The notes under the pieces: model-generated
Told to the model about the DNA's origin: nothing
The model's database searches: none
What the model saw: only the letters and a program-made list of their open reading frames with translations
Assembly (NCBI GenBank): GCA_051294905.1
Contig: CM119373.1
Span: forward strand, 34,038,001-34,102,000
Direction of reading: 5' to 3'
Length of the DNA: 64,000 nucleotides
Source of the DNA: Botryllus schlosseri
Taxonomy: Eukaryota
Position numbers and translations under genes: made by a program
Shown: one piece after another, positions 57,844 to 64,000 of the stretch
Layout: each line of letters opens with the position of its first letter
How positions within the stretch are numbered: position 1 is the first letter of the stretch

Positions 57844-58626
57844 ATCGTCAGCAACTAGTAGAGAATTGAAAAAAACATTGTAGGCCCCTATACCACAAAC
57901 GTATCACAAATAGCCCACCTATTAGTAAAACACACCTCGGCACCCATACGTTGTGTCTGTGTGGCCACTCGCAAAATATGAACGCCGCAAAATAGCCTCC
58001 GTTACCCGAGGAAAATTCCAGTAACCCCCGAATTATTGCTAAAATGTACTGAGAGATACCACCCACCTGGTACCGTATCTTATAATGGTAATAAGTAGTT
58101 GAGCATTACCACCATTCATTGCATTAGAAAATGTAGGTCAATTTGTAAGGTCGGAACTAGCTTTTGTCACCCCAACTGTCCTGTACCATACAGCGCAGTT
58201 GCTGTACCACTCATCTTGTGAATATGACCATAAGGAACTGAACACGAGCTATTGCTATTATTAATATTCTTGTGAATCGTGCGGGCTCTACTGGACCATC
58301 GCCTTTCTATAGTATAGGCCTACGGGAGAATCGGCGAAATAATTCCGATTTCAAGTGACTCTAGTGAGCAACAGCATCTGTATCCGAGACTTGGACTGAG
58401 CTGACAATCGGAAAATCTTGAGCTTTTTCATATTAGATTAGAACTATAATTATAATAACTATACAGAGGTTTTTCCCAAATTATAATATCAATACTGCAA
58501 GCTCCCAAAAAACTAGAAAGAAATTATGTTCAGTCAATTTCATATCAGACTTCGTTCTCATTAGAATGACAATGGCAAATGTTTGAACACCAAGCTTGGC
58601 TCGTTCCGCACTACACAGTTCTTGGT

Positions 58627-59725
58627 TGCCGGTGAACTCGGCACTTGGTGAATTCGGACGCACAAACTCGCACTTGGTGAATTCGGCCGCACAAACTCGG
58701 CACTTGGGGAGCTCGGCACTTGGTGAATTCAGCCATTGGGAAATTTTGTAATAAAGTGTATTGACAGCTATTAATATGAATTATTAAACTAATAATAGTA
58801 TTATCAAGTGATTCGTCAATCTTGTAAGGTCAGGGCATCCGTAGATCACGCAGTCACGGTGTGATTAGATCACGGATTGCGTAGCCGCGGGAAGTAACGC
58901 AGCACTCATATACCGACCACGCACGGTCTGCTTGTTATTGATGATCTGATGGCGTGAGTGACGGGCGTGTGTCGTGCAAGTTCTGAGAAGATGGATCTGG
59001 GCGTTGTACGTGAGATCAGAGCTTAAGAGGATTAAGCGGCGCTTCTTCGTTCAACGATCACGACAAACCAGTATTCCTGGTCAACAAATGTTTCGCATGA
59101 TCACATCAAAATATATTCTTTTTTGAATTTGGAGACACGGATATCAATGTTCGGTAGGGGGCATATCAGGGTTAAGGGAGGGGGTATTAGGGATGGAGAT
59201 GGGTTAGGGTTAAAGTTGGGATTACTGTATCTGAAGAGGGGAAGAGGTACAAGGGTTGAGGGAGGGGGATATTAGGGTTGGATATGGGGGATATTCGGTT
59301 TGGGGTGGGGATATCAGGATTGGAGGTGGGTTAGGGTCAAAGATGGGGTTAGGGTATCCAGAGATTAGAGTTTGGAGAGGGTCTAATGAAGTTGGATGTG
59401 AGGATATTAGGTTTGGTTTCGGGGTGGGTTAGGGTGTCTCCATAACAAGGTTGAAGGATCTCAAGATTACGAGATCTACCGCGAGCCCCGACATATTTGA
59501 ATTTGCTTTTTGATAATGTCCCGGAGTGGAATTGGTGGCAACGTCACGCAGGATTTTCTGTTTAATTCCTTAATTATTCTATATAAAAAAGCTCTCATCA
59601 CGCAGGATTTATTTCAAAAAATGGACAGAGATTCCATCTAGGATAATGTCCATTCATATTAAATGCATTTCTAAAGGCAAGGTGTTCTAGTGCCAATTCC
59701 TCCAAGGGCCGAGTTCACCAAGTGA
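58627..59725. mobile_element. Second member of the foldback-like family, G-rich array ~59155-59450
   Basis: Left end similar to 56760-56990 with tandem ACTCGGCACTTGG units; right end GGCCGAGTTCACC is the inverted repeat. Confidence 0.6.
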
Positions 59726-59985
59726 TGAGCGGTTGTCATCTAAGATTTCAAATTGTTTTCTGTTGTGCCAGATGAAGGACTTGTACAAGATAACGAAGGA
59801 AAAGGACAAGAAAATCACTTACTCCGATCTCTTCACCACATTATGTATTGCGTATCGCATTTATATCGAAAATATAAACATAAAACGCACGACGCCTATG
59901 CTGTCAAGTGTGCTTTTCGGCCAAGATACTCATGTAGATACTCTCGCTGTCTCGCATAGTAGGCTATAGTCGGGTTCCCTTATAG

Positions 59986-60362
59986 TAGGCTTACCATATT
60001 TTGGAAATCTAAAAAGAGGACACTTTTCCAGAAATGCAGACATGCAAAACCGGAGAAGAATTCTCAAAAACCGGTAACCTTTATCTCTCCACATTGCAAG
60101 GTGGATGACTAAAAAAAAAAAAGGTCATCTTTTCGCTCAGAGATAAAATCACCGTTTTTCACTCCGAAATACCCGCCGGAGCTTCACTTAACTGTGCTAA
60201 TTGGCGGAATATCACTCGCAATTTGCTCTAAATCTGACCTAAATTTCAAAAAAAGAGGACAAAATCTCAAAAAAGAGGACAAAAGGCCGTCCTCCGAGGA
60301 CACTTTCAAAAAAGTCAAAAAAGAGGACAAATCCTCTTAAAAGAGGACGTATGGTAAGCCTA
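59986..60362. mobile_element. hAT MITE, 377 bp
   Basis: Perfect 13-bp TIR TAGGCTTACCATA / TATGGTAAGCCTA; perfect 8-bp TSD CCTTATAG (59978-59985, 60363-60370); internal AAAAGAGGACA repeats. Confidence 0.93.
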
Positions 60363-60835
60363 CCTTATAGCATTTTCAGGAAACCCATAAATTAGATTAG
60401 AATTAAAATATTACAGTAGCTAAGAAACATTTCAGAAATCCGATGAGAATGAGATAACCGGCATTTGACTCTAATTAATCGAATTTAACAACTAGAATTA
60501 CTCCAAATATTCCTCAATCCCAGCAGTCTACACTGCACCATTACCCTGCACCGGTTCCGACTGGAGGAAAGCGGCTGACCTCGAGCGCCCAGCGGCTGGT
60601 CCTCTGGATTTTTATATCGAGATGAAGACTGCGCGCGACACGATAGCGCTACCTAACGTACATATCGCAAGGAGTCGTTCAGGAAGAGGCAGACATGGTT
60701 GCCAGTACATTCGGACGGACATAACAGGCAAATTCATGGAATCAAGTGTTTATAAATGATACATTTCAAAACTACATAGCGAAGATGAAAGCTGCAGCTT
60801 TATAAAGAGGCTAAAATGCGACGGCAGAGGGGCTA

Positions 60836-61015
60836 CCAGGGCTATGGAGTCGGTGTCGGAGTCGGAGTTTGGGTAATTTTTGCTTAATGGAGTCGGAGTC
60901 TCTTTTTGGCACGCCTTAGAGCTGGAGTCGGAGTCGTGAAAACTATAGTGGCTGGATGAGTCGGAGTGGGAGTTTGTGAATATGTCCCCGACTCCGACTC
61001 CGACTCCAACTTCTT
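60836..61015. repeat. GGAGTC/GACTCC-rich MITE-like repeat
   Basis: CAGGGCTATGGAGTCGG... with multiple GGAGTC units and inverted CCGACTCC units. Confidence 0.55.
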
Positions 61016-61113
61016 TATTATATAAACTTTCAAAGGTATCTTTAAATTACTAATAATAACTAAAATAGGATTTTTATGTACCATCAATCGCTGTTATTAG
61101 TAACGATATAAAT

Positions 61114-61600
61114 CAGGGGCGGTTAACCCGTGGCCCGCGGGCCAAATGTGGCACGCGAGTAAGTTTTGTGTTCTCGAAATTAGGTATACCATTAGGTAAA
61201 CTTGCAAAGCCAACCAAAATTTGATTAGATTACCGCTAAATTTGATGATGACGAAAACATCAGTTACGACGCATTGGCGTAACCAGAGGCCAGCGACATT
61301 TATCGCAGACCTTCGTATATGACCATGAAGTAGAATATTTGCCTTGAGATTTTTCTTAGCAATTCGCATGATTTATTGTCACTCGATCTTTTGTATTTAG
61401 TATTGGAGCCCCCTCCTGAAAATTATAAGTAGCCTACGCGTAATTTTCCGAATTGAGTCCAACTATACAACTAGATAACGTGTCGTCCAACATGCGACTT
61501 CGCTTGTGCGCTCGCAGCGAGATAGTCGGCGATGTACCATTTGCACGAAATGATAGAGGCATATGTTCACCGAAAACCTTCGATATTGCTATGTCTCAGT
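61114..61600 (+). mobile_element. Partial hAT MITE, relative of 45053-45745
   Basis: Starts CAGGGGCGGTTAACCCGTGGCCCGCGGGCC; collinear internal similarity; right end lost. Confidence 0.65.
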
Positions 61601-61609
61601 ATTGGGATC

Positions 61610-61754
61610 AAGTCACTACCTTCGAGTCACAAGTCATCTCGAGTCATTGCTCATTTTGACTCGAGTCAAGTCAACTAATCGATTTTTGAAAGTGACTCGA
61701 GTCAAGTCAAGTCACTCGATTTTTGGAGGTGACTCGAGTCAAGTCATCATCATT
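61610..61754. repeat. GACTCGAGTC-family fragment
   Basis: Multiple GACTCGAGTCAAGTC units like those in 47781-48350. Confidence 0.6.
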
Positions 61755-62154
61755 GGTTTATTAGCAATTTTATCAGTTCAATACACCACAAAAAATGCGA
61801 TACAATGAAGAGACAGGAAGATGTCGAAGCGACAGGAGTAGTCTATGGAATCTGACACCCACCTTGGCCTAGGCGATGTAAAGAGGAGGCATGCACACTG
61901 AATGAAAGTAAAGAAGATAGTATAGAAAAAGAAAGCGACAAGAAATAGGGCGGCATGTCATGGGAAGCGGGATCGATAGGTCAGTCGTGGTCCGGTAATC
62001 TTGAGGATGGACTGTATTTATTTAGTAGTAGTTGCTTGTATTTCGACTTGAATGTGGACATGCTCGTCGACTGTCGGATGGCCGGCGGGATACTGTTCCA
62101 CACATCAGGTCCGGCATATTTGATAGAGCGATGATCTTTTCGGTCGATAATATG
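61755..62154 (-). mobile_element. CR1/L2-type LINE 3' end
   Basis: Minus frame SIKYAGPDVWNSIPPAIRQSTSMSTFKSKYKQLLL is the typical ORF2 C-terminal tail; 3' UTR ends at GCTAATAAA. Confidence 0.75.
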
Positions 62155-63000
62155 CAGGGTTGTAATGACTCGAGTCATGACTCGACTCGAGTCAGACTCG
62201 AGTCACGATTTTTTTGTGACTCGACTTGACTCGAGTCATTTTCTTGAAATGGGAAAATGACTCGACTCGACTCGAGTAAATATTTGGATTGACTCGACTT
62301 GTACTCGAGTCATTACGCATGACTCGACTCAAGTCATTGACTCGGCTTATTTTATGTGACTTGAAGGTGAAGAAAGTTGCGAATCACAATGGTTAGATCA
62401 ACGCATGTGACGAATTCTGTCGACATCGCTATTTGTCACCACTGCTTTCGTTGCACTCGCCTGATATCAGATATGCGCCGCCGTAAAAACAAAAGACAAT
62501 GGTACATAGTAGCAAAGAGCAATGCATTGTACAATATAATCCAGTGATGAAGAGGTAATAGATCCTCCGCAATCAAAGTACTCAAGACTTTTCAATTATA
62601 CAAGCAAACAATCGAAGCAAAGTCCAATTAGAGCCAGAGAAATGACTCAGATGATCAAGTAGCCTACTTGGAAGAGACTGATAAGCTCATGTGTAGATTT
62701 GAAGGCGATGATTATTTGCATTTTTGGCCGACCAGAATAGATGAGTATCTAATGCTCTTCAGTGTGGTTCAAAATTACTTTTCAATTCCTGCATCTAATG
62801 CACCAGAGGAACGTGTATTCAGTGGATGTGGATTATTCTAAGGCCATGCCGCCTCAACATATATGAGAATCTCCTCTCCACTTTAGTATTTTTCAAGTGT
62901 AACTCATTGATTTGATCTGCTGTCTGTGAAAACACACAATACCCTCCGCCCGTTTGACGTTTTGTTAGGTATGTGCATTGTGCACGTGTTAATGAAAGGC
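62155..63000 (+). mobile_element. hAT element with GACTCGAGTC-rich 5' end and transposase dimerisation-domain remnant (62653-62841); right end undefined
   Basis: Starts CAGGGTTGTAATGACTCGAGTC; internal frame DYLHFW...YFSIPASNAPEERVFSGCG matches the hAT C-terminal motif. Confidence 0.72.
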
Positions 63001-64000
63001 TAATGTTGTGTGATATTTGTACAATAGGGCCGATCAAAAATACCTTCTTTTTTATTCTACTGGGTGGCTACTTGATAAAATTGCTACGTTGCATAAAAAG
63101 AACACTGAAAAACTGGCCTAATTTGAAAAAGTGCAATCAATGAAATGAGAGGAGAAAATTTTGGATTTGAAAATACATGGAGTATTTTTAGTGAGAAATG
63201 ATTTCATATAATATAATTACATATTAGCAGTAAGTCGACTATTTTTTCATATCCAAATTATTCCACTCTAATAACTCCGCTTCTTCTAGTTGGAATTGAG
63301 CCAAATTTTCTATGAATCATATTTTTACACAATCTAACAATATCATGAGGTATAGCCGGTATATTTCGAAAGTCTCTATTTGTAATTAATCCAAAATATT
63401 TTCTCTTAGCATTGCTTGCTACTGGTTGGAATTAAGCCAAATTTAAGTTCTTTTAGATAATCTAACAATTTTAAGAAGTAGCCTCTTTTTTTAGATTCTG
63501 TCCTCATTTTTGAGAATTTTTTTGGTAAATGTAGGGCAAATTAGACTAAGACAACAGTAAATCAGCACTAAAGTAACGCTCCGGCGACTATTTCGGCAGC
63601 TGAGCAGGAAAGTTGACCTTTTTTCTGGTCAACCACCTGATATGATGTGAAAGCAAAACTGTACCTCTACATAAGCGTTTATCTGTTGATTCTTTACCAG
63701 CTTGTATCTAGCTAGACGTGAATTCTTAGGTCCTCTATCAGATAGTATGTAGACGTGAATTCGTTAATTCTCTATAAGCTATTTGTGAGCGGTCGTCGAT
63801 GTGCTCGTAATAAAAACTGAATGCTTTTATTTGTGATATATCAGACTGACAAGACAGATATTTGATTTAAAGTTCTAAGATTAGTAACGTTATCGTATTG
63901 GCGGCCTGTCTCGTCTATCTGTAGCATCGGTATATGAGGCCAGGAATTGCCTGTTATCTGCCTAACTAAATAAACTTGTGCCAAGTCTATGATAGGGACA

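Noticed and set aside
62160-62360. CRISPR-like array
   Set aside because: Short palindromic units with no constant repeat/unique spacer periodicity, eukaryotic context, hAT terminus.

Overview
AT-rich eukaryotic (metazoan invertebrate, plausibly ascidian; organism not determinable from the sequence alone) region; no prokaryotic features. Positions ~2.5-44.3 kb hold a birth-and-death cluster of two interleaved, co-oriented (all minus-strand) gene families whose coding regions are intron-free: effector-less poly-C2H2 zinc-finger genes (3 intact 15-finger genes, 1 pseudogene, a divergent 14-finger gene interrupted by an LTR element, and a remnant) and BTB-BACK-Kelch genes (3 intact, 2 broken). 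A ~7.2-8.1 kb tandem duplication (33991-41198 / 41207-49293) carries the two youngest ZF genes. A very young intact Ty3/Gypsy element (21282-26112; identical 254-bp LTRs, TG...TA ends, GAACA TSD) sits in the first finger of the 14-finger gene, and its junction creates a new in-frame ATG. An intronless Scm-like Polycomb gene (2xMBT + SAM, no recognisable SLED domain, Met at an aromatic-cage position) lies at 52600-54591. Intergenic DNA is dense with hAT, Harbinger and Tc1/mariner non-autonomous elements, LINE 3' ends, foldback elements with TTAGGG-like repeats, and Penelope-like remnants carrying minimal hammerhead ribozyme motifs, one with a complete catalytic core (49307-49342). All alignments and translations outside the ORF track were done by eye.
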